A program made the translations under genes and the position numbers. This document shows positions 35,454-47,032 of a DNA stretch of 64,000 nucleotides, piece by piece; the first letter of the stretch is position 1; each line of letters opens with the position of its first letter. The stretch is from Botryllus schlosseri (Eukaryota). The notes under the pieces are model-generated. The model was not told where the DNA came from, did no database searches, and was given only the letters and a program-made list of their open reading frames with translations. The stretch covers positions 38,690,001 to 38,754,000 of the forward strand of contig CM119372.1 of the NCBI GenBank assembly GCA_051294905.1. The letters are read 5' to 3'.

Positions 35454-36147
35454 TAGGGCAGGTTTTTGTTGCAGTCAAATCCGTGGAAAGTTGCATTTAT
35501 TTTCCAAAAAAATTGCACCAAGAAGTTGCATGTACGAACAAGTTCTTTGAAATTTTTAGGGTAAGAAATACTCGAATCGATCCGTATCCAAGGCACTGTA
35601 GCAACACTCAGTGTTGGCGACTTCAACAAAATCAATAGCCCTAAACAATTGACCCAGTGAAAATATAATTTTCGGCGGACTAGCCTGAATGTATACGTCA
35701 AATATGAAAGGACCTGAATTTACACGACAGTGAAATAATAAATAGCTTCTTGGAGGTACAGAACTTCAGTGTACAAGTGAATAGTATATTCATTTTGAAA
35801 TAAAGCCGACTATTTTCGGCAGTCACTTGTCAGGTTGCTGACGATTACCCCTGACGAGTGTCAGCCGAAAATAGTCGGGTTCATTTCAATATGAATATAC
35901 TATTCAATTGATATATTAAAGCGATCTATTTACATATAGTGCCGAATATTTCCAGTAAAAAGTTAATTACGTGAAAAATCGAAAAAAGTTGCCCGTAAAA
36001 GCGAAAAAGTGGCATGAAGAAAATGGATAAAAGTTGCAACATAAATTCATTCAAACAGCAAAAACACAATACTACATAACGTTTGAGTATTTAGGAAGCT
36101 GCCGGAGGCTATAAAAAAAGTTGCAAAAGTTGCAAAAACTTGCCCTA
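35454..36147. mobile_element. TAGGGCA-ended hAT MITE with TTGCA/GCAAC repeats (copies at 53098-53671, 61416-63184)
   Basis: TAGGGCAGGTTTTTG...CAAAAACTTGCCCTA, perfect TSD GTCATCAC. A small palindromic insert lies at ~35760-35920. Confidence 0.88.
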
Positions 36148-36319
36148 GTCATCACTTTCCTTCGACTCTCGAATAACGCTCGAACGTCCATATCACCCAT
36201 TTCACGTCATTTATGCCATATTCAGTAGACTCTCTTCATTGTCCTAGCTGTAAAAGCTGTAAAGGAGGACGAAGTTCCAAAAAGGAGGATATTTAGGCGT
36301 CAGCAGAGGTCATTTTCAA

Positions 36320-37813
36320 GGTTCTATACCAATACTGAGAAAACCATTACCGAGAATGGACATTGCCGAGAATGCCATAACCGAAAATGAACATTACCGA
36401 GAATGGACATTACCGAGAATGGTCATATCCGAGAATGGACACCACCGAGAATGGACATTACCGAGAATGTCCAATGTCAAGAATATAGCTTACTGGGACT
36501 GACGTTGTCGAGAAATTTATACCTGAGCATCTATACCAGTGATTCCCAACCGCGGCCCTGAGGGCCGCATGCGGTATATTGGTATATTGGTATTATTTAC
36601 GGGCCCTACAGTTTCCAAGACACCTCACTCAGCTCTACCGGTAAATCTGATTACGTGAGCAGAGAGGACAAGTAATTGATAGCAATATATATGCAATCCC
36701 AGATCTTATTGACCTATTATATTTTGAATTATCGAAAATTTTCGCGCTCCACGTTGGCTCACTAAACGGGGATCCTGATTTCGTGGTAGAAGCGAACAAC
36801 GGAACGGGGGGTCGGTTTATCACCCTATGGGAGCTCAAGACCCAAGTGTTTTGGGGGGCCTGAAGAAGTGCCGTTTCGTTCCTGTCGACGGGTATACGCC
36901 CGAAGATGTTTAATTATTATTGAGTGGTTCTACCTTATCAAACACAACTCACTCGGCTCAACCGGTCAATCTGATTACGTGAGCAGAGAGAGGATAAAAA
37001 TTGATACCAATATATATGCAATTCGCGATTATATTGACCGATTCAATCATGAATTATAGAAATTTTTCGCGCTTCGCGCGATTAGTCGAGAGAAGCTGCC
37101 TAAAATGGACACCCGATTTAGATGATAAAGAGCGGTAAACAGCCATCTAGCGCAAGGGGGCTGGGGCCTTCGAAGTTCGGTTTATCACCCTATGGGGCCC
37201 AAGAGAAACGTTTTTTGGGGAGGGGCTGACGAAGTGCTGTTACGGCCCTGGGTATTGATATGTCGGTGTATATCGAAAGCAAGTGTCGCACTGATTCTAA
37301 AAATACGAATTGAAATCTCGCCAGGGCAATAAAACTACGCGGAAATAGCCAGCAAAGGTTGATTGTTCTGAACAACGGGAGCGGGGCAACACAAAGGCCA
37401 ATGGCGTCAAGCGAATGATCGGAACAATGCCAATTTTCATATTTTGGTGACTTTTTTGGGTTCCTTTCATTGCCCTGGTATTCGTGCGGCCTTGGCCGTA
37501 CTCTAAAATTCTAAATTTGGCCCTGCCACCGAAAAAGGTTGGGAACCACTGATCTATACCGAATGTGGCGACGCCGTGATGCACACACACGACCTGTGCA
37601 TATGCATAACATGCCTGCATTGCATATATTGCATTCTCGGTAATGTCCATTCTCGGTGGTGTCCATTCTCGGTAATGTCCATTCTCTGTGGTGTCCATTC
37701 TCGGTAATGTCCATTCTCGGTGGTGTCCATTCTCGGTAATGTCCATTCTCGGTGGTGTCCATTCTCGGTAATGGCATTCTCGGTAATGGTTTTCTCGGTA
37801 TTGACCGGACACC
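36320..37813. mobile_element. MULE/Foldback-like element with minisatellite inverted arms
   Basis: GG...CC ends and a perfect 9-bp TSD CATTTTCAA. Arms are 15-16-bp ATTACCGAGAATGGAC units (36330-36470) and their reverse complement (37633-37802). Confidence 0.85.
36537..37551. mobile_element. hAT element nested in the foldback, with two ~325-bp internal tandem units
   Basis: CAGTGATTCCCAACC...GGTTGGGAACCACTG, perfect TSD ATCTATAC. Units start CTCACTC.GCTC.ACCGGT.AATCTGATTACGTGAGC at ~36624 and ~36948. Confidence 0.88.
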
Positions 37814-38444
37814 CATTTTCAATTTCCTGAAAAATGAGGACGAATCTTCGAAAAGGAAAACTTGTGGTAACCGTAGTTGAAACAGAAGTTGGCATTTATC
37901 GAGTAGAACGATTATCACGAATTACTATCAATTATAATATTTTGTATTCTTTATCAGGAGAAACCTGTGGTGGTGTTTGTACGGTATACGACCCATATCA
38001 TTGTGACAGGACTATAGCCAACATCACGGTTGGTGTAAGCTCCGAATTATAGGGACACGGTAAAGTGGTGTGACCACTGTTGATCATTTGAAGACGGAAC
38101 AATGACGATTTTTCAAGTGGGCCAACTTCAAGTATATACGCTCATTACAGTTAATTTATTGACGAAAATGATAGCTTTCATACTATTTTTCACTGTGGTT
38201 ATCATGAGACTCCGGGTGATTGTATCGCAGCACGCGATATACGCAGTACAAAGCTACGAACGTCGTTGGAAATACCATATCTGTGAAGGAGTGATCAACC
38301 GACAGCATGCATCGTCAAAAATTAACAAATCATCTTCAATGTGATGTAGAACAGCAGCATCATATTCTTTGCTGTCACACAAAAGGAACATATCTGAACT
38401 TTCACTTCATTCATACTGTTATAATGAGCCCCAAAGGGGCCTGG

Positions 38445-39062
38445 CTGCTCATCCAACAATTCGCTGCTGAAGAGATTCGGCGTCCTAAACATAGAAGATA
38501 TGCGGAAACTAGAAATCGCCAAGTTTATGTATTAGTTCCACTGCGGTCGTTGCCCCGAATATTTCAATGACTTTTTTACCTCCGAATCAAAAGCGCACAA
38601 GTACAACACACGCGCGTCCAGGTCCACGTCGTCCAAATATCATATGATCGACCGAAAAGATCATCGCTCTATCAAATATGCCGGACCTGATGTGTGGAAC
38701 AGTATCCCGCCGGCCATCCGACAGTTGCCGAGCATGTCCACATTCAAGTCGAAATACATGCAATTACTACTAAATAAATACAGTCCATCCTCAAGATTAC
38801 CGGACCACGACTGACCTATCGATCTCGCTTCCCATGACATGCCGCCCGATTTCTTGTCGTTTTTTTTCTATACTATCTTCTTTACTTTCATTCAGTGTGC
38901 ATGCCTCCTCTTTACATCGCCTAGGCCAAGGTGGGTGTCTGATTCCATAGACTACTCCAAGTCGCTTCGACATCTTCCTGTCTATTTATTGTATCGCATT
39001 TTTTGTGGTGTATTGAACTGATCAAATTGCTAATAAACCAATGATGGTGATGATGATGATGA
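38445..39062 (+). mobile_element. 5'-truncated LINE (CR1/L2 group, Crack/Daphne-like): ORF2 C-terminus, 3' UTR and (GAT)n tail
   Basis: Translates as SLLKRFGVLNIEDMRKLEIAKFMY*FHCGRCPEYFNDFF...HKYNTR...SIKYAGPDVWNSIPPAIRQLPSMSTFKSKY, the typical post-RT C-terminus (HxYNTR, GPxxWNSLP) with one in-frame stop. Ends AATAAA then GATGATGATGAT. Confidence 0.88.
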
Positions 39063-39939
39063 GCGATACTCAGGTACAATCGAATCGACACGAAGCCCAA
39101 TACTCGATCTAGAATCGAATCACTCGACTACTCTTCATTCGAACCTTTCCGCACTAAGAGTTGGTCGGAAAAAGTGCATGAAGTGAAGTGGACTCATACC
39201 TATTGACTCGACATATGTTGTGAATTAGGATGCTTCCGTGTAATCTAATTATCAGACAATTTCGTGTAAGGGAGTCTTAGGGATGGTATGAACCTCTGGA
39301 AGGTTTATGTTCGTGTGAACGCGAACCTTTTTGAAAGGTTCTGTGTGAATGCGAACGTGAACCTCATGACGTCACGTGACGTCATATTGCTAATTCCAAC
39401 CCTACATTTCAGGTGATAGCCTATAACAGCGGTCGCGAACCTCTTTCGAACGAAGAGACATATTGACCCAATATTTTCATATGCAACTCCTAAAGAGCCA
39501 TAAATGCCAATCTACCATTGCGTCACAATTGAAAATTCGTGACGTAGGCTATTGCTAGCACTAATACCGGGAATTCGTAGTACGCGCCACATAGGTGAGG
39601 CACAGACGGGCCAAGCCTCACCTATGATAGCGCAACTCATCGTAATTAGCTTAGGCTTTATATTTACCGATATTAATCGAATGTAATTGTCGAACTGATT
39701 CAGAATATCTAAGTATTGATCGACTTCTCCAGTATTCGGCTAACAAAACGTTGCGCTACACACCAACATTTTAACGGCGGTCCGCTAGAAAGCTATACTT
39801 ACCAATCAAGAATATGGATAGCTATGGCGTTGTTTTTGATTTGAATTTCTAATTGTAAATGTCACTTCCAAGGCAGTTCATACATGACATACTGCATTGT
39901 CATACAAGCGTCGCCATGTCTGCTATTCTGTAATAGTAT

Positions 39940-40531
39940 CATAGTATAGATTACTAACCTACGGATAGATACGCAACTCCCGCAAAACCCGTCGTTACGC
40001 TCGGGCAAGCAGTTACTCTTAATGCTGTGAAATGTAAAAGCAGCTATAATTGGCACTGCCATAACTAGCGACCAGGGCGCTGAAAATTAATAAAACTGGT
40101 ATTATTTGAAAGCTAGTGTCGCATTGATTCCGACAATACAAATTAACATTTTGTCAGAGCAATCGAACCACCTCAAAACAGCCTTTAAAGTCTGAAAATT
40201 GTCATTGTTCCGAACAATGGCTTGACGAAACTGGCCATTGTTATGGTCATTGTGTCGCGGCGCTGTCATTGTTGGAACAATGCCGATTTTCAGACTTTAC
40301 GGGCTGTTTAGGGGTGGTTCCATTGCGCTGACAAGATTTAAATTTGTATTTTCGGGATCAGAAAGACACTAGCTTTCCATTAAGACCAATTATATTAAAT
40401 TTCAGCGCTCTGATCGCCAGCTACATCTCTACCAATTACGCTACTTTTAGATTGCTCGGCAATACGGGCCACTGCTTGCCCAAGCGTAACCACGAAGAGT
40501 TGCGTATCTATCCGTAGGTTAGTAATCTATA
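39940..40531. mobile_element. Palindromic MITE (CATAG/TATAG end, P-element-like)
   Basis: TATAGATTACTAACCTACGGATAGATACGCAACTC and its reverse complement at the two ends; palindromic throughout. A relative lies at ~30327-30815. Confidence 0.8.
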
Positions 40532-40533
40532 AT

Positions 40534-41106
40534 CATAGTGTCCTCTATGGTGTGGAAACAAGCAAATCACTCGGCTCAGTGAAATTGGTGTACGTCACAC
40601 TTTCAATTTGGTCAAAGGCAACTTTACGGCCATTTTTGACCGGATTGCCGAGCGCTAAATTCGATAGATCGGGTATCAATGGAAAGCTGCTGCTGTACCA
40701 ATTACGAAAATATAAATTTTATTCTGCTCCTGGTCCCGCAACCCCCCCAAAATCAGCCTCGAATCGTAATCAAGTTTTGACACCGTGACGCAAGAATTCT
40801 GTCTGGAGTCTGTCTCAGAGTGAAGCTAAGAAAGAGCCAGACAGCATGGCTGCGTCACAATTCAAAACTCGATCAAAATGTAAAATACGAGGCTGGTTTT
40901 GGGGCTTCCAGGACAATTAGCAGAATAAAATTTATATTTCAGCTGCTTTCCATTGATACTCGATTTATCGAATTTAGTGCTCGGCAAGCCGGTCAAAAAT
41001 GGTCGTAAAGTTGCCTTTGACCAGAGCGAAAGTGCGACGTATAGAACAATTTCACTGAAACGTGAGATTTGCTTGTGTCCTTGTCCACACCATATAAGAC
41101 ACTTTG
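40534..41106. mobile_element. Palindromic CATAGTGTCC MITE, copy 1
   Basis: Long imperfect inverted arms (GGTCAAAGGCAACTTTACG..TGACCGG / CCGGTCA..CGTAAAGTTGCCTTTGACC); sister of 41891-42434. Confidence 0.85.
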
Positions 41107-41890
41107 ATATTATATTCTAATCAAGGTATCGTGCACTGTCTTGACCTCTCAGAGACATATTTAGGCTGCCACGAGAAGAGCTATATTCTGGACGTAATGA
41201 AAATTTGCTGGCAAGTTGATGCAATATTGATAATTTATTACAAAATTGAAATATTGTTAAAGAGCCATATCATATACCCAAAAGAGCCATATATGTCTCG
41301 CGACCCATAGGTTGCCGACCACTGGCCTATAATAATTTACAGCTAGTACACGATGCCTAGCGACGACTCCTGCCACATAGTGCCATATGATGGCGCAATG
41401 CTGAAGTACATATTGACGTTTTAAACGTCGCCAAATGTATCAACTGGGGCAATCAAATAATATAATGATCCCATAAAACCAGTATCTTCCGTCGCTTCGC
41501 CAATAATTTCGACGAGGACTTGCAAGGGAATATAAGCATACGTCTTAACGGTCTAGGCCTGGCCGGACAACGTTTCCGGCGTCTGAGTATTGCTACGTTG
41601 ATATTGAGCAGAGTGTACAGCGGGTTTCTATACTTGGCACCGATATCACCCCATTATCAAGTTATACAGCAGTAGCCAACACCACAATCGCGCGGATTTG
41701 GTACAATAAACAAATGAAGTAAAGATTGATCCCGTACGCCTGCTAGATTTTTTACATCAGACAACGATATCAATTTCATTGATTGGTTGAATAAGCATTA
41801 TTCGCTGACTACCTACATGTATAGTGCAGTGGTTACCAACGTGTGGGGAATTTAATGGTTTCTGGTGGGGAATAGGCGCATTTGTTAAAC

Positions 41891-42434
41891 CATAGTGTCC
41901 GATATGATGTGGACACAGTGAGACTGAACGGCTCACTGCATTTGGGTTACGTCATACTTTCCATTTGACCAAAGGCAACTCTACGGCGATGTTTGACCGG
42001 CTTGCCGAGCGCTAAATTTTAAAAAACGGTACCTGTCCTGGAACCCCCCAAAATCAGCCTGGAAATTTGCATTGTGATCGAGTTTAGGCATTGTGACGCA
42101 GTAACTCTGTCTGGCTAAACGAGAATGAAGCTGCGAAGACAGACAGCAGACGCTGCGCAGACAGTCCTGTTGCGTCACATTGCCAAAACTTGATTACAAT
42201 TCGAATTTCTAGACTGAGTTGGGGGGTTCCAGCACCATGAACAGAATGAAATTTATATTTTCGTAATCAGTACAGCAGCAGATTTCCTTTGATATCCGTT
42301 TTATTGAATTTAGCGCTCGGCCAGCCGGTCAAAAATGACTGTTAAGTTGCCTTTGGTCAAATGGAAAGTATGACGTAACGCAAATGCAGTGAGCCATTCA
42401 GTCTCGCTGTGTCCACATTGTATAGGACACTATT
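41891..42434. mobile_element. Palindromic CATAGTGTCC MITE, copy 2
   Basis: CATAGTGTCC...GGACACTATT, 7-bp flanks GTTAAAC/GCTAAAC. Confidence 0.85.
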
Positions 42435-42539
42435 GCTAAACATTATATATAGGGAAGTCTACATATTCACGGAGACACATGAGCAATTACCGTTACCATA
42501 GTTAACTGCTCTGGAATGTATGTATTGAAAATTATATTG

Positions 42540-44864
42540 CAGTGCTCTTCAACCTGTGTGACGGTTCGCACTTGTGCGAATGAAAAAAATGCATTGCGAA
42601 TGACGAAGGTGGTGCGAATGGTGCGAATAAAATCCGGATGAATTGCGAATGAAAATCGTGAATATTTGTTAATTTTTTCTGACGTAGAATAATTCAAATA
42701 CACCTAATAGGAAGTAACTTTTGTAGTTGCGACGCAATTGTAAAAACTTACTTAATTTACGACGCGCCACTAATCGTAGTTCTCACAAGCCGTAGTGAAT
42801 TAATATTTTCGCAATTTAATTATTACGTAACCAAAAGCCTGATTTGGAAGCTGGTGTAGCGGCAGATATACCGTATATTAGCCCGTCTGATCCTGCGACA
42901 GGCAGGAAAAATGAAGTCAAATTGACTTTCTGCTCTCTTTCGCTAAACAATCATCATGTTGTCGTAATAACTGTTCGATTAGCGCAAAGCACTATGATAG
43001 TGGTAAATACCGTCATAACGGACTTTAATTTGTAAGTTACTGTAACGCAAATTTTCATCCCTTCTAGGGTTATTAAAGTAAGGACGTCTAGGGGTATTAT
43101 TTTGGGTCGACACGGTGCCAGTACTATCTGGTAATAAGTATGTAATATTTGAAGAATTTATTACAAAAAATCCTGTAATAATTTTTACACATCCAAGGTT
43201 ACTGTGTTGGGTACTGTAGCCAATTAGTGAGACATGCAGAAAATATTGCTTTATCATGAGAATTCATGATAAGATTTGCCCGACTGGTTTTTCTGGAAAA
43301 CATAGTCGAAGACCGTTGGGATGAACCAGTGTAGGGATGTGCGACGAGCGAGTTCAGGCCTGTGAGAGTCATTCATTTCGAGGCCACCCCTTCTGCGTCG
43401 GAGCATATGATGACGTAAACTTTTGACCAACAAACCGCTGATAAAATGCGGTGCCAAAACAAGCGGCGACAAAACCTTGGTCTAAAAATGACCGATGCTG
43501 GATGGATAAACCTTTAGCTATAGATATGCTCCGTTGTGGGCACGTAATAGTCCCGTTATTGCAATCTGAGTGTACAGTAGTACAACTGCAACACTCAGAG
43601 GAATTTATATCGCCCTAATTTGAAATCGCGTGCGTCAGACATGTTTTGTAGAGATGTGTTTGGTAGAATTGTGGTGTGCGCGTTCTGTATGTCATAAATG
43701 TCCGTAAAATCGTAGCATACAACTGCAATATTAAAAATGAATTCCTTTTCATGGGTGAGGCTCGGGTCGCGAGATGCCACAAAAAACTCAGATTTTGGTT
43801 GTAGTCAAAAAGCTGCTTTACCGTTGTTTAGGGTTACCATATTTTGGAAATCTGAAAAGAGGACACTTTTTCATAATTTTCAGACTTGCAAAACTGGAGG
43901 AAATCCTGAAAAAATGGTAAATTTTTCCCACTTCGTGCTCGGTTGACTGAAAAACAAAATGATCAACTCTCTCGTAAAGTACCCAAAATACAGTTTTTCT
44001 TTCACTTTAGCAGGTGGTTGACTGAAATAAAAGGTCAACCTTCCGGTTCAGCACCCGAAATACCCGCCGGAGCGTACTTCGGTGCTGATTTACAGCATAT
44101 CAGTCGAATTTAGCCGCGAATTTGACCAAAATTTGACAAAATCTCAAAAAAGAGGACAAAAGGGCGTGCACCGAGGGCCCTTTCAAAAAAGTCAAAAAAT
44201 AGGACAAATCCTCTTAAAAGAGGACGTATAGTAACCCTACCGTTATTAAACTGTTAGGCATTCTCAAGTGAGATAAATAGCAGAACACACGGTATCGTGA
44301 GTTTATTTGGTCTTCTCATATACTCGTGAGATGGAAATTGGAGCATCGTATCGTAAGGTAGTGAGCTCTAATGTGCCTAATCTCCTTGATCGTTTTGCAC
44401 CTTATGTTCCAAGGCAGAAGCCTCAACACAAACATGTGGGTTTTTCACCCTTTCGACAAACTGGAGTCTTCGAGACCTTTGTGTCAGCTATCAAAAACGA
44501 TTTCCGCCAGCAAGCATTTTTCACTTGCGGAAAATGCGCTGTATTTTCGATAGGAGTGCAGAATAGATTTTAAGACCTGGTCATCCAAGCACTAGTAGAC
44601 GTTTTTACACAAAACCCAACAACATTGTTTGGCTGAGAAGGGTTTTAGGGAAATAGTTGAAATCAAGACGAGCGAAAAAGTTGCCTTTTTAATGAGACAC
44701 TTAATAGCTTAAGCAACGTAGCCAATTTGTTGCACATCTGAACAAATTGTTGTTTCGTATCTTCATCTTCTTTTTGTATAACAATTTACGATTAGTTTGT
44801 GCGAATGAAATATATTTTACAAAAAAAAAGTGCGAATGGAGCTCAAAATGGTTGAAATGCACTG
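42540..44864. mobile_element. hAT element with TGCGAAT repeats
   Basis: CAGTGCTCTTCAACC...GGTTGAAATGCACTG, TSD TTATATTG/TAATATTG. Confidence 0.8.
43829..44239. mobile_element. TAGGGTTACC-family MITE nested in 42540-44864
   Basis: TAGGGTTACCATA...TATAGTAACCCTA, TSD CCGTTGTT/CCGTTATT. Confidence 0.88.
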
Positions 44865-46177
44865 TAATATTGCGTGTTGCTCACAAAAACTAATTTTAAA
44901 CTCTGGATAACCAATGATGACGTCACACACGCATCCACCAGCATCAGTATGTCGTGAAATAACGCTTTCGCTAAATTTTGATGGTCACCGGTATCAGTTC
45001 ACAACATGTTTTATGTTGCAGTAATAGGGGATTGTCTTGCGTACCGGTGTGGTTTTATGTCTCGTGTACTCGAACAAGAAAATAGAGTAGGGTTGCCATA
45101 CTTCCGGAATTTCCCGGACATGTCCGGAATTTCACTGTTCAAACTAGCGTCCGGGAGGAATTTCTAAAATATGCCAGATGTCCGGAATTTTGAAGACTTG
45201 ACGTAGGCTCATAATTTTTTCGTAAATCAGCATAAAAACAATATTTTTTGGGAATATTTAGACTGATGCATGAGATCATCTTCGCGCTACGCGCGATTTC
45301 CTATCACATTTTTTGATTTCAATATGGAGACTACCGCCCTTGCAAAAACTGCAATAAAATATAAATAAAAACGTCCTTCATTTACTGGAATAAGCCTAAT
45401 TGTAATCGCAATTATAGGCGAACATTATATTCCTAGAAATCGTTGAGGCCGTTTAAATGCTTTATTCAAAAAGTGGTTCCAAACGGGGGTGGAGACCTTT
45501 GTCTTTATTCTGGGGTTTGCGAATATGTTGCACGTAACCACATTTCAAAACAGCCCGGGAGTAAGTCCGGGCAAAGGTACTGATTTCTTTTAGTAATCAG
45601 CTCGTCAAATTTTGATCTGGTTCACGGATCATTTTCAAATTGGAGATGGAGTCGCGACCATAAACGGTTGGAAACCACTGGATGTGGGGTCTTTATAAAG
45701 CTCCGTGGTGCGCACCGGCATAAGGCTGATAAACAATCTTATCGATAGGCAGACATGGGGTGATTTCTTCATGAATGTAATCGATTGCGATTACGATTAC
45801 TTCCGAATGACGCGATTACGATTACGATTACGATTACAGCAAAATCAGGAAGTAGTCGATTACGATTACGATTACATTGGAAAAGTAATCACGATTACTC
45901 ACGATTACATTTATTTTGTATCTTAGAAGTTATATTGGAAAACAATACATGGATTACGCTGAAAAGGCCTAATGAGATAACAAACTTCTTTTAAAAAAGA
46001 TGCGTCATTTGCTTGTTGCGTCATAATGTACCCATTGCCCATTTTTACAGAGAACGATTTATCGCATCCAACGATTTGCATTCTTGCCAGGTCCATGACT
46101 GCCGCACCCCAAATTCCCCAATAGGGCGGGAAGCGAGCTCGAAGGGGACTCAAAAGTATTTTGTACATAATTTATAG

Positions 46178-46561
46178 TAGGCTTGCATTTAAAACAAATG
46201 GTTGTTTAAAACACATTGTTTAAAACATGTTTAAAACAGTGTTTTAAACAAAAAATTAAAAAAAAAAACTAAATTGTTTTTTTTTAAGTTGTAAAATTAT
46301 GCCATAATTGTGTAAATGCTTTCCACAATCACCAACCGATTTAGCCGACGTACATCGATATGGGATGGTTGGATTCCCTCAAAATAGTCGGTTCAGCAGT
46401 TATAGTACAGATATTTCGTCAACGGAGCTATATTTACCCTATATTTTCAATTGTCAATGTCAATCCACATTCGTGATGTCATGGCTTTAAAAAAATATGT
46501 TTTAAACAAGGGCCTTGTTGTAAACATGCTCGGTTTAATTTTTTTTTTTAAATGCACCCTA
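46178..46561. mobile_element. MITE with TTTAAAAC repeats, level 5
   Basis: TAGGCTTGCATTTA...TAAATGCACCCTA, perfect TSD ATTTATAG. A right-end relative lies at ~17010-17135. Confidence 0.85.
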
Positions 46562-47006
46562 ATTTATAGCAATAGGCATTTAGGTTCCAGTCACTACCGT
46601 GCCACGACACACCAAAAGACATATGCAATTTCGACCAACACGCGACATCACGGAGTGTGCTACTAATCAAAGACCTCGGCCGAAACTTGGGGCATGTGTC
46701 AATTGTCAATAGCCGCGCTGGGTGGCCGTGACTAAGAGTCCGGCGGTCCTTCCAATCCGAGCCCACAATTCAAATGCCACCAGGACACCCACAGAGCATT
46801 AAAGACATGACAATTTGTGTGTGCGTCTCACGAAAGTGTTTCTTTTAGTCTGCTACGTTTGGGATACAACAATATCTTTTGATTATATAACAGACCGGAA
46901 GTCACGAATTACCAGCATACACTAAAGTAATTATAACAAGATAACAGACGTTATGATTATGAATCACGTGCCCCCAGCTCTACAGGTAAATCTGGCCATC
47001 GGAGGC

Positions 47007-47032
47007 AGAGAGAGAGAGAGAGAGAGAGAGAG
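47007..47032 (+). repeat. (AG)13 microsatellite
   Basis: Read directly. Confidence 0.9.

Larger units (their letters stand above)
39427..41324. mobile_element. hAT element (AAGAGCCA repeats) nested in 39278-48931
   Basis: CAGCGGTCGCGAACC...GGTTGCCGACCACTG, perfect TSD GCCTATAA. A related relic lies at ~50905-51537. Confidence 0.9.

Noticed and set aside
36330..37802. Regular 16-bp repeats that superficially resemble a CRISPR array
   Set aside because: Units are contiguous with no unique spacers, occur as inverted arms of an element with a 9-bp TSD, and the context is eukaryotic with no cas genes.
37297..37918. Three overlapping minus-strand ORFs (171, 135, 113 aa) with ENGHHREWT repeats
   Set aside because: All are translations of the stop-free minisatellite in three frames.
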